Counted from the stretch's first letter, positions 1 to 7,286 are shown. The stretch: 13,222 nucleotides of DNA from Candidatus Thorarchaeota archaeon (GCA_016839605.1 JAEOTX010000135.1:1-13222); one strand, 5' to 3'. Numbers and translations: made by a program. Notes: generated by a model not told the origin, from the sequence alone.

Positions 1-995
1 ACACCACATGATACCTCAAGCAGGGCTTGGCTGCGACCAACTTCGCGGAGAACGAGCAATCACCAGTCTAGATAAGCCTTTTACCCCTTCGCGCAGGTCA
101 ACGGAACGAGTTGCACGTCAGAACCCTTTCGGGCCTCCACCGAGCTTTCGCCCGGCTTCACCCTGCCCACGCCAAGATCGACTGGTTTCTCGTGTCACGG
201 GAGTGACTTCACGCACTTATCACACGTCGCCCCTCACTGCAAGCAGCTGCGGGCTTGTCGCTTTCGCTTCGTTTACGGCTTAATGCCTTATCCTCGCCAC
301 GCCCATGAACTCCCTGGCCCGTGTTTCAAGACGGATGACGCCGACGCGGTCCACTCGAGTCCTACTGCAGGATTGCTCCTGTTTCGTTCCCCGAGTATCT
401 ACCCTTTTAGTCGGCATCCTTTGTATAGATTGCTGGTTTCAGGTGCTTTTCACCCCGCTTCCGCGGCACTTTTCAACTTTCGCTCGCGCTACATAGTTTA
501 CTATCGGTTTGGTTGAGTATTTAGGCTTCGCAAATTGCACTTGCGACTTTCACGCGAGAAAACCAACCCGCGCTACTCGGGATCTCTAAACATGCCCGTG
601 TTTTACGCCTACGGGGATGTCACCCTCTGTGTCACGTCATTCCAGACGACTTCAGCTTAGACACGTCGGCAATAAGTTCAGAGCCCACACACCACATCCC
701 CCTGTACTCTTCGCACAGGGATTCGGTTTGGCCTTTTCCGCTTTCGCTCGCTGTTACTCACGGAATCACTATTGTTTTCTTTTCCTGCCCGTACTAAGAT
801 GCTTCAGTTCCGAGCGTTCCCCTTCCAGTTGTGACACTGGAATGATGGGGGGTATTAGCCCCAACCAGGAAGTCCAATTCGGGGATCCTGGGATCAATGG
901 CTTCATGCGCCTACCCCAGGCTTTTCGCAGCTCGTGACGCCCTTCATCGGCTAACCAACCAAGTCATCCACCAGCAACCGTACAGCATATTGTAG
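1..995 (-). rRNA. rrl: 23S (LSU) rRNA, 5' portion (domain I and start of domain II); continues beyond the left edge of the window
   Basis: The reverse complement has universal LSU motifs: GGTGGATG..CCGATGAAGG (972-940), GGAACTGAAGCATCTTAGTAC (~811-791), ACCGATAGTAAAC..GCGAAAG (~508-478) and the archaeal/eukaryotic-type CCGTCTTGAAACACGGGCCAGGGAG (334-310). Helix-2 pairing GGTTGCTGG (979-971) with CCAGCAATC (436-428) is present. The 5' end was estimated from the GGTGGATG motif (+/-15 nt). Confidence 0.96.
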
Positions 996-1300
996 TCTTA
1001 CTCTTGTGACCGGCACAGTATTACCTGTTGTCAAGGAGTTGTAACCATCGGTTAGTTACGTTTGTAACCCTAATCTTAGGTTGTGTATCAAAATCGAACA
1101 TACATTTTGTGTACGTATGCCATCATCCTCTGCAATCTCCACAACAAGACCTTGAGGTGCACAGCACCAGCCTGTTGTATCGACGGTCCTCCATCGGGAA
1201 TGACTCCGTTCTACGGTCTGGTCCCGATGGGCCTTTCTCCATGCTAACCACGGAGTCCGGACCTCACGCGCACACACCACTGTGTATGTGGGGGTGCGCT
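996..1300 (-). other. Structured 5' external transcribed leader of the 23S pre-rRNA
   Basis: Dense run of inverted repeats: 1268-1273/1294-1299; 1185-1189/1259-1263; 1191-1199/1222-1230; 1141-1148/1171-1178; three 5-bp hairpins at 1042-1080. Several stems need G-U pairs that only work on the - strand. Confidence 0.65.
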
Positions 1301-1322
1301 CAGTCAGCCGTCAAGACTGACG

Positions 1323-1333
1323 TTTTAAAGCTT
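1323..1333 (-). promoter_or_regulatory. Putative BRE/TATA promoter (proximal) for the 23S rRNA
   Basis: The - strand reads AAGCTTTAAAA, about 25 nt upstream of the first leader hairpin (starting at 1299). Confidence 0.55.
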
Positions 1334-1437
1334 GCTGTACGCCGAGGTTCGCCAGAACGGCAAATAGCGACCTTCTATAGCCGCCAAACAACGCCTTCTC
1401 TACTCGACGAAAGCACACTATCTGCCCATCAATCCAA

Positions 1438-1447
1438 GATAAAGCTT
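1438..1447 (-). promoter_or_regulatory. Putative second (distal) TATA-like promoter for the 23S rRNA
   Basis: The - strand reads AAGCTTTATC, sharing AAGCTTTA with the proximal site 114 bp away. Both are preceded by GGCGTA. Confidence 0.4.
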
Positions 1448-1498
1448 ACGCCCGATGCACATCTAGTCACTCATTATGAATGAATTTACAGATTCCAG

Positions 1499-2203
1499 CT
1501 ACATTGAGAGTGATTTCTTCTGAAATTCTATCAGTTCCTTAATGCCACTCGCTGCAAGATCAAGCAGTTTGTCAAGGTCCCCTCTCACAAAAGTTGCACC
1601 CTCGCCAGTTCCCTGGACCTCGACGAACTCGTCATCGCGCATCACGATGTTCATGTCAACATCAGCTTGAGCGTCTTCCACATAGCAGAGGTCAAGAAGC
1701 AGTTCGCCTTTCACTACTCCGACGCTCACCGCAGCAACATGACCGAGTAGGGGAGCCTCAGCAATCATGTCCATGTCGATCATATATTGAAGCGCATCGC
1801 AGAGAGCTACATACGCACCGGTTATTGCAGAAGTTCTTGTACCCCCATCAGCTTGAATCACGTCACAGTCTATCCTGATGGTATTCTCGCCTAAGCGTTT
1901 CATATCTACAGCAGTCCGTAGAGACCGCCCAATGAGCCTTTGAATCTCAGCGCCCCTGCCGCTCATCCTGTTTCGATGAGTGCGATCTTCTGTTGCCCTT
2001 GGGAGCATTGCATATTCTGCTGTGACCCACCCTTGCCCTTGGTTATTGAGCCAACCTGGAACGCCTTCTTCCACGGTGGCTGTGCATATCACTTTGGTTT
2101 CTCCTGTGCTTATCAGCACCGATCCCTCGGGATACTTTAGAAAGTCTCGAACAATCTCTACGGGTCTAAGAGCGGCATTTGCACGTCCATCTAGTCGGGT
2201 CAC
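1499..2203 (-). CDS. rph: Ribonuclease PH, bacterial type (phosphorolytic 3'-5' exoribonuclease)
   Basis: Motifs RxDGR..LRPV, EGSVLISTGETKVICTA, GWVTAEYAMLPRAT, EIQRLIGRSLR, DCDVIQADGGTRT, LDLCYVED..ADVDMN, EVQGTGE. The ORF is open to 2233; the GTG at 2203 (VTRLDGR, with GGAG upstream) is the likelier start. Confidence 0.95.
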   Translation of the reverse strand: MTRLDGRANAALRPVEIVRDFLKYPEGSVLISTGETKVICTATVEEGVPGWLNNQGQGWVTAEYAMLPRATEDRTHRNRMSGRGAEIQRLIGRSLRTAVDMKRLGENTIRIDCDVIQADGGTRTSAITGAYVALCDALQYMIDMDMIAEAPLLGHVAAVSVGVVKGELLLDLCYVEDAQADVDMNIVMRDDEFVEVQGTGEGATFVRGDLDKLLDLAASGIKELIEFQKKSLSM

Positions 2204-2344
2204 TGACTGCAACTCCGATATTCTGGGTCGCATCTCTTCCTATTATTTCCCTCGGGCGAAGACTTCCACTAGATATCTTTATTGACAAGCTTTTGCAAAT
2301 AGTGACCCAGGCTGATACAGTATACACCACGAGGTGGACATGTC

Positions 2345-3367
2345 GTGTTTGACCTACAAAAGAAGTTCAACGCAGCACTGAAAGACACGGTTGATGAGTG
2401 GAAGAAACACGACAGTGTGAAAGGCATCTTTGTCTATGGTTCATTCGCGCGTGGCACAATAACCAACAACTCAGATCTAAATATCGGCGTGATTTGGGAT
2501 GACGTGGAATCTCCAGCGCCGCTTCTAGCTGAGCACAAAGGCATACGTGTTGACATGACCTTTATCACCCCATCAAAGATGGATGATGTTCTTGAGGGGA
2601 AAACCAGCGATGCAATGCGTATAGCGCAAGTTGTCGCAATGTTAAGAAATGCGAAGGTCCTTCATGACAAGCGCGGAGCCCTCAAGAAGTGGCAGAAACT
2701 CGCGTCAGAGTTTGTCTGGTCTGAACAAGCTATCGACAACGTAAAGGATAGCGCATTACTTGCTCTTAGCAATGCTGCGAAATCCGCTGACGCAGGAGAC
2801 ATCATTAGTGCTATTCATGACTTGCGAAGCGCGCTCTTTGACCTTGGTAGAGTCATCGTGATGAAGAATAACTATTTTTCAATCATGAAGCCATCAGAAG
2901 TCCTCACAGAAATTCGTCTTTTGGACCCATTGACGTACCCACTCTTTCTCCGTACATTCAAACTAAAAGGAATGGAGGAAGAGGAACTCATGGAAACCCT
3001 CGGAGAACTTGAGGAATGGATAGGAATTGCAGAGGGGCGCATTAGTGAGGGAACAGCAGATGAGTATGCAACAGATCTACTAACAAGAGCCCAACGAGAA
3101 TATCACGGCGCAAGGAATTGCACTCTCTCTGGAGACTACGAGCTCGCGGTACTCGAGATGAGACGGGCAGTAGACCACATAGGGAGGACATTATTGGCCC
3201 TTGCAGGTAAGTTTGAGGTTGATCAGACGAGTTTTGTTCAGGAACTCAAGGAGAATGAGCCTGTCTTTTACGAGAACATCCTAGTACGCTATGGCGCGTT
3301 TGAGTTCACAACCAAGGGAGTTCAGCGAAGTATTGGAGAAGCGCAGTTCATAGCCCAGCGTCTGTGA
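2345..3367 (+). CDS. Pol-beta-like minimal nucleotidyltransferase (MNT) domain fused to two HEPN-like helical domains
   Basis: N-terminal GIFVYGSFARG..SDLNIGV..RVDMTF. Two HEPN-like starts: ALLALSNAAKSADAGDIISAIHDLRSAL and LLTRAQREYHGARNCTLSGDYELAVLEMRRAV. C-terminal VRYG..FTTKGVQRSIGEAQFI. RBS GAGGTG at 2331-2336 before the GTG. Confidence 0.8.
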   Translation: MFDLQKKFNAALKDTVDEWKKHDSVKGIFVYGSFARGTITNNSDLNIGVIWDDVESPAPLLAEHKGIRVDMTFITPSKMDDVLEGKTSDAMRIAQVVAMLRNAKVLHDKRGALKKWQKLASEFVWSEQAIDNVKDSALLALSNAAKSADAGDIISAIHDLRSALFDLGRVIVMKNNYFSIMKPSEVLTEIRLLDPLTYPLFLRTFKLKGMEEEELMETLGELEEWIGIAEGRISEGTADEYATDLLTRAQREYHGARNCTLSGDYELAVLEMRRAVDHIGRTLLALAGKFEVDQTSFVQELKENEPVFYENILVRYGAFEFTTKGVQRSIGEAQFIAQRL

Positions 3368-3419
3368 AAAGTCAGGTCTGGTTAGATTGATTAGGTGAGA
3401 AAGGGTTCACTCGAATCGC

Positions 3420-3968
3420 GTGGAAATGAAGTCTGACTCTAAGTCCGAGATTTTGAAACTCACCAGTGTGACATTGAGCCGTGAAAAGCAAGACAAGATT
3501 GACCTGGAATTCGAGAAGTACACCAAGGCAGTCAACTATGTCATTAGAGCCATCCTGAAAGACCACATTTCGTCAGGTAAGAAGACCTTCGATCTCCTCG
3601 AGGAGGACATCTCCAACCGGTTTGACCGAAGACCCCAGTTTGTGAGGGATGTTGTGAAGACGGCGTGGGGGGAAGTTCAAGAGCATCGAAGACTGGCTCA
3701 GACAGTCAGGAGCATGCGGGATAAAGCACCCGTCTTTAGAGCAGGGAGGATGATCTTCTCTCAGCCAATTGTGTCAGTTAATGAGAAGGGTCTGCAGCTA
3801 CAGCTTGCTGACGGAGAGAAGGTGCCAATACCATTCGATAAAAGGAGTCGGAATCGGTTGATAGAAGAACTCGAGTCAATTGTTCGAGGAAAAGCAGCAT
3901 TCGGAAGAGTTAGGCTGACTTGGAACAAGGAAGGGTACATGGACATCGACATTCGCACAGAGGGCTGA
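3420..3968 (+). CDS. TnpB/Cas12f-like N-terminal (WED/REC) protein lacking the RuvC and zinc-ribbon region
   Basis: Segments follow the order seen in IS200/IS605 TnpB N-termini: LKL..LSREKQDKI..EFEKYTKAVNYVI; RFDRRPQFVRDVVKTAW; KAPVFR..MIFSQPIVSV..LQL..EKVPIPF; GKAAFGRVRLTWNKEGYMDIDIR. The stop falls where the RuvC-I (xGxDxG) motif would begin. Start is GTG 3420 or ATG 3426. Confidence 0.65.
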   Translation: MEMKSDSKSEILKLTSVTLSREKQDKIDLEFEKYTKAVNYVIRAILKDHISSGKKTFDLLEEDISNRFDRRPQFVRDVVKTAWGEVQEHRRLAQTVRSMRDKAPVFRAGRMIFSQPIVSVNEKGLQLQLADGEKVPIPFDKRSRNRLIEELESIVRGKAAFGRVRLTWNKEGYMDIDIRTEG

Positions 3969-3984
3969 GGACTAGGTTGTATGG

Positions 3985-4875
3985 TCACTCTTCAAATTCC
4001 CAATATGTCAGTGCACCAGAATAGTCAGTTGTGTAGAATCCAGGATTTTTGGGATTCCAGCCTATGGAAGAAATGCCAGTGAGCAGGCGGTCTTGGATCT
4101 TCTCCTTCCGCGTTTTAGTGGACCACACTCGAACAGACCTATCCCAGCTCCCAGAAACGAGATGCCTGTCAGATGGATTAATTGCAAGAGATGTCACAAT
4201 ATCCGAATGACCCTTCATCTCAATGGCATTATTTGGGTCCTCAGGATCAATCGAAAGAATAGTGCCACTGTGTAATCCCAGGAACACTTGCGAACTATCA
4301 TGTGTCACTGCTATTGACCTGATTCGTTCCTTCTGTTTGGTGAGTCTACCTAATGATTCAAAGCTACTGAGGTCGAAGAGGTTGCATTCTCCATCCCAAG
4401 ACGCCGTTACCAGCACAGATTCATCACGTGTGAAGGCAAGGCCTGAAACATCACTTCTGTGAGCTTGAATGTTCCTGTAATTCTTCATGCTACTTGAATA
4501 GAACACCTTCACTTCTCCATCTCGTGACCCTGCCGCGCCCCTAGCTTTCTCAGTTCCAACTGTAAGAGCTTTGACTTCAGAATTGTGCCGAAGGACAGGA
4601 ATTTCCTTTGCTGGGCCAGTTGAGGTCCATCTACGTGTAGTGCAGTCCCAGCTTGTTGATACTAGTCCTTTTCCTCCATCAATGAAAGACACAGCAGATA
4701 CGGCAGCCTCATGTCCCTTCAACGTTCTCTTTTGATTTCCAGACACTGGGTCAAGAATGATGATATGAGAGTCCATCGTGCCGCATGCAATCTGCTTTCC
4801 TCGGGGGTCCACTGCCATGCATGTCAGTGGGGGGATTTGAGTCCCAGTAGGCCTGAAAAGAACGGTTTTCTTCAA
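3985..4875 (-). CDS. Stand-alone WD40 beta-propeller protein (7 repeats)
   Basis: Repeats such as GHEAAVSAVSF..LVSTSWDCTTRRW, AHRSDVSGLAF..LVTASWDGECNLFD and GHSDIVTSLAI..LVSGSWDRSVRVW; seven blades can be counted. TTG start with a GGTGA RBS. Confidence 0.93.
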   Translation of the reverse strand: MKKTVLFRPTGTQIPPLTCMAVDPRGKQIACGTMDSHIIILDPVSGNQKRTLKGHEAAVSAVSFIDGGKGLVSTSWDCTTRRWTSTGPAKEIPVLRHNSEVKALTVGTEKARGAAGSRDGEVKVFYSSSMKNYRNIQAHRSDVSGLAFTRDESVLVTASWDGECNLFDLSSFESLGRLTKQKERIRSIAVTHDSSQVFLGLHSGTILSIDPEDPNNAIEMKGHSDIVTSLAINPSDRHLVSGSWDRSVRVWSTKTRKEKIQDRLLTGISSIGWNPKNPGFYTTDYSGALTYWEFEE

Positions 4876-4941
4876 CCTTATTCACCGTGAGGAGTACTTT
4901 CAAAGGCTAATCTCATATCTGACTCTAAAAGGTGTGTAACA

Positions 4942-5940
4942 TCATTCGCTCTTCAGCCGAGTATATGCAAATAGAGCTGCAACCCCTGTTACTCCAAGGA
5001 GTAGGACGTAAAAGGTGACTGGAAAGTCGGGTGGGAAAGTCGTTGTCACTCCAGAGTGGGTCACAAGAAAAGTTTCGACTACTTCTCCTACAATCTGTAG
5101 ACTCTCAGCACTGCATCTCTCAGGAATGTCATCAACAGTATGCCATGATGAGGGAAAGGGATTGTGAATGATGTCCACAGCAGGAATTCCAACGTCTAAG
5201 AATGGTCGATGATCATCAAGAATTGAGTTTCCAAGGGAGTCTAGAAAAGTGTCCTGATAGCCCATTTCTGCTGCTAGTGACCATATCTCATCTTGAAGAG
5301 ATCTTGTTGAACCACGTTCACGTGGTAGTCGTAGTTCACTGTCCCCAATCATGTCCAGAAGTATCATGGAGCTAATCAAAGGGATACGGTTTGAGTCTAG
5401 CTGGTTGACATAGTATGTTGAACCTACAATCCAATCCCAATCATCAATATAACCAGAGTCTTCAGCATCAAAGAAAATGAATTCAACATCATCTCTAACC
5501 TCAATAGGTAGCACACGTACCAATTCAAGAAGTGCTGCAGTCCCACTAGCACCGTCATTGGCACCTAAGACAGGCTTGTCATGATTTGCTTCGTCGGGAT
5601 CTTCGTCTGCTAGAGGTCGTGTGTCATAGTGTGCGCCTACAAGCATTGTAGCATTTCGTAAAGATCCATGCCATCCAATAATGTTGGCACATGACACATT
5701 CTGGTAGGCAAAGTTCTGAACGACTACCTCCCATCCATGACTTTCTAAGACTTCAACAATATATTGCCTGCAATTTGTCAGATTGTCAGATCCTGGTGGT
5801 CTAGGTCCAAAATCACATTGAGCAACAAGATGGGCCATAGCATTTGTTCCACTGAATTCAGGTATATGATCAACTTGCAGCATGGTCATGCTTGACAGGG
5901 GAAGTATTAGAAGCATTAGAATAGCCCAGGTAACTCTCAT
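4942..5940 (-). CDS. M28-family metalloenzyme, glutaminyl-cyclase-like, with signal peptide and C-terminal membrane anchor
   Basis: Motifs GAHYDTR, GANDGASG, FFDAED, LLDMIG, DDHRPFL, WHTVDD. Hydrophobic N-terminus (WAILMLLILPL) and C-terminal TM segment (FYVLLLGVTGVAALFAY). The ORF is open to 5955; the ATG at 5940 is the likelier start. Confidence 0.88.
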   Translation of the reverse strand: MRVTWAILMLLILPLSSMTMLQVDHIPEFSGTNAMAHLVAQCDFGPRPPGSDNLTNCRQYIVEVLESHGWEVVVQNFAYQNVSCANIIGWHGSLRNATMLVGAHYDTRPLADEDPDEANHDKPVLGANDGASGTAALLELVRVLPIEVRDDVEFIFFDAEDSGYIDDWDWIVGSTYYVNQLDSNRIPLISSMILLDMIGDSELRLPRERGSTRSLQDEIWSLAAEMGYQDTFLDSLGNSILDDHRPFLDVGIPAVDIIHNPFPSSWHTVDDIPERCSAESLQIVGEVVETFLVTHSGVTTTFPPDFPVTFYVLLLGVTGVAALFAYTRLKSE

Positions 5941-5988
5941 TCTTCCACAGTCCAATATTCAGCCATCTTCTCGACCCTATGAACCTTT

Positions 5989-7209
5989 TCAGGAGGAATG
6001 ATTCAGCCGCGCCCTCACACGCCGTTGGAGGAGTCTAGGAATCTCTCGTGGCAGGTCCTTCAAAACAGCAAGGGGAATAGCTGAGTATCCAATTTCGCCT
6101 CTAGCGATCTTTGCCATAATGTCAGAAGCTAGATGATACGATGCTGCCGTCTTGAGTACGGTCTCAGCAAAGAATGTGCCCTTAAGACCAGCCCATTCAG
6201 CCATTGCGAAGTTTGCCTCGAACTCCTTCTTGCAAAGACGCTGATATTGCTCAAGGTAGTGTCTATCGTAGCGGCCCGATTCTGCGGCTCTAGCTATCAC
6301 ATCTGCTGCATGAACTCCTGACCTCATAGCATAAGCAATACCCTCACCCATCATGGGATCTACAAAGCCTGCAGCATCTCCAACAAGAAGAGCGCGGTCT
6401 CGGACATTTATGCTTGAAATGCCATCAGCACCGAGGAAATGAACTCGACGTTTTTCAAGCTTGAGTGGGATTCCAATTCTTTTTTCCACCCTTCTTAGAA
6501 AGGAATCGAATGCAGGGCGAAGAGGATACATATGCACAGCTGCCCCAGCAATTCCAATGCATAGATGTTCCCTTTTTGGAAAGATCCATCCATATGCTAC
6601 ACGGCCTTCAACAGGTATTATCTCAAGAATGGATGGATTACCATTCAAAGCCTCTATGGCTCCATCTTCGCCTACGTAGAAGTCGCTCTCCATCCCAAGT
6701 CCTACACGTTGGAGATTCTTTCTGGGAGGTCTCAGACCCAGCGTTCTCGCAACTACAGAGTTTACGCCATCGGCTCCAACAAGATATTGAGCATCGAGTT
6801 CTTTGCCATTTGCAGTGAGAACAGAAACACCATCTGGACTAGTTGATGCATGCTTTACCCTTGTCATCTCCCTTAGGTCAGCACCAGCATCTGCAGCCCT
6901 ATGTGCGAGGAACTCATCAAATCGATCTCTAAATGTCGTTATTCCAATCAGCTTCTCCGAAGAGAATTCGATTCCTTCTCCACTTGGGAGGATAAACCTG
7001 AGGCCATGAATACGTCGTTCTGCAAGACCAGCTGGAAATCTGTCTCGTAGAATATGGAGTCCCCTGTACATGACGGCTCCACCACAAGGCTTCTCTCTGG
7101 GGTGCTTCGACTTCTCAAGGAGAAGTGTCTTGAGACCAGCTTTAGCACAATCGTGTGCAGTGATAGAGCCTGCCGGACCGGCGCCCACAACTATTACATC
7201 GTAAGACAA
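5989..7209 (-). CDS. Geranylgeranyl reductase family FAD-dependent oxidoreductase
   Basis: DVIVVGAGPAG, KPCGG, VGADGVNS, YGWIFPK, VGDAAGFVDPMMGEGI. Confidence 0.92.
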   Translation of the reverse strand: MSYDVIVVGAGPAGSITAHDCAKAGLKTLLLEKSKHPREKPCGGAVMYRGLHILRDRFPAGLAERRIHGLRFILPSGEGIEFSSEKLIGITTFRDRFDEFLAHRAADAGADLREMTRVKHASTSPDGVSVLTANGKELDAQYLVGADGVNSVVARTLGLRPPRKNLQRVGLGMESDFYVGEDGAIEALNGNPSILEIIPVEGRVAYGWIFPKREHLCIGIAGAAVHMYPLRPAFDSFLRRVEKRIGIPLKLEKRRVHFLGADGISSINVRDRALLVGDAAGFVDPMMGEGIAYAMRSGVHAADVIARAAESGRYDRHYLEQYQRLCKKEFEANFAMAEWAGLKGTFFAETVLKTAASYHLASDIMAKIARGEIGYSAIPLAVLKDLPREIPRLLQRRVRARLNHSS

Positions 7210-7286
7210 TTTTCCGGGGTTCCTCCCACTAAAAGCTCCTTCGGAATTCGCTACTGACCTGAGCTACGTAGAATACTCATTTAGAT

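Noticed and set aside
200-430. Supersized rRNA expansion segments (ES7/ES9) or an rRNA intron
   Set aside because: H25 is about 84 nt and the H30/31 region is compact, in the normal archaeal range; motif spacing leaves no room for an intron.
8-937. Short + strand ORFs (8-283, 283-516, 305-496, 617-937)
   Set aside because: They are antisense to the 23S rRNA and are typical spurious rRNA ORFs.
979-1341. 9-bp inverted repeat CGTACAGCA (979-987) / TGCTGTACG (1333-1341)
   Set aside because: A single 9-mer match in about 500 bp is near chance expectation, and the upstream copy lies before the proximal promoter.
1028-1483. 151-aa (+) and 74-aa (-) ORFs in the rRNA leader
   Set aside because: No recognisable motifs or RBS; the region is better explained by RNA structure and promoters.
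996-1498. tRNA, SRP RNA or RNase P RNA upstream of the 23S
   Set aside because: No T-loop (TTCGA) in cloverleaf context and no SRP or RNase P conserved motifs were recognised on either strand.
3368-3984. Intact IS200/IS605 element, omegaRNA or CRISPR array around the TnpB-like gene
   Set aside because: No tnpA, repeats or convincing end hairpins; the intergenic gaps are only 52 and 16 bp, with just a weak GGTGAG/TTCACT stem at 3394-3411.
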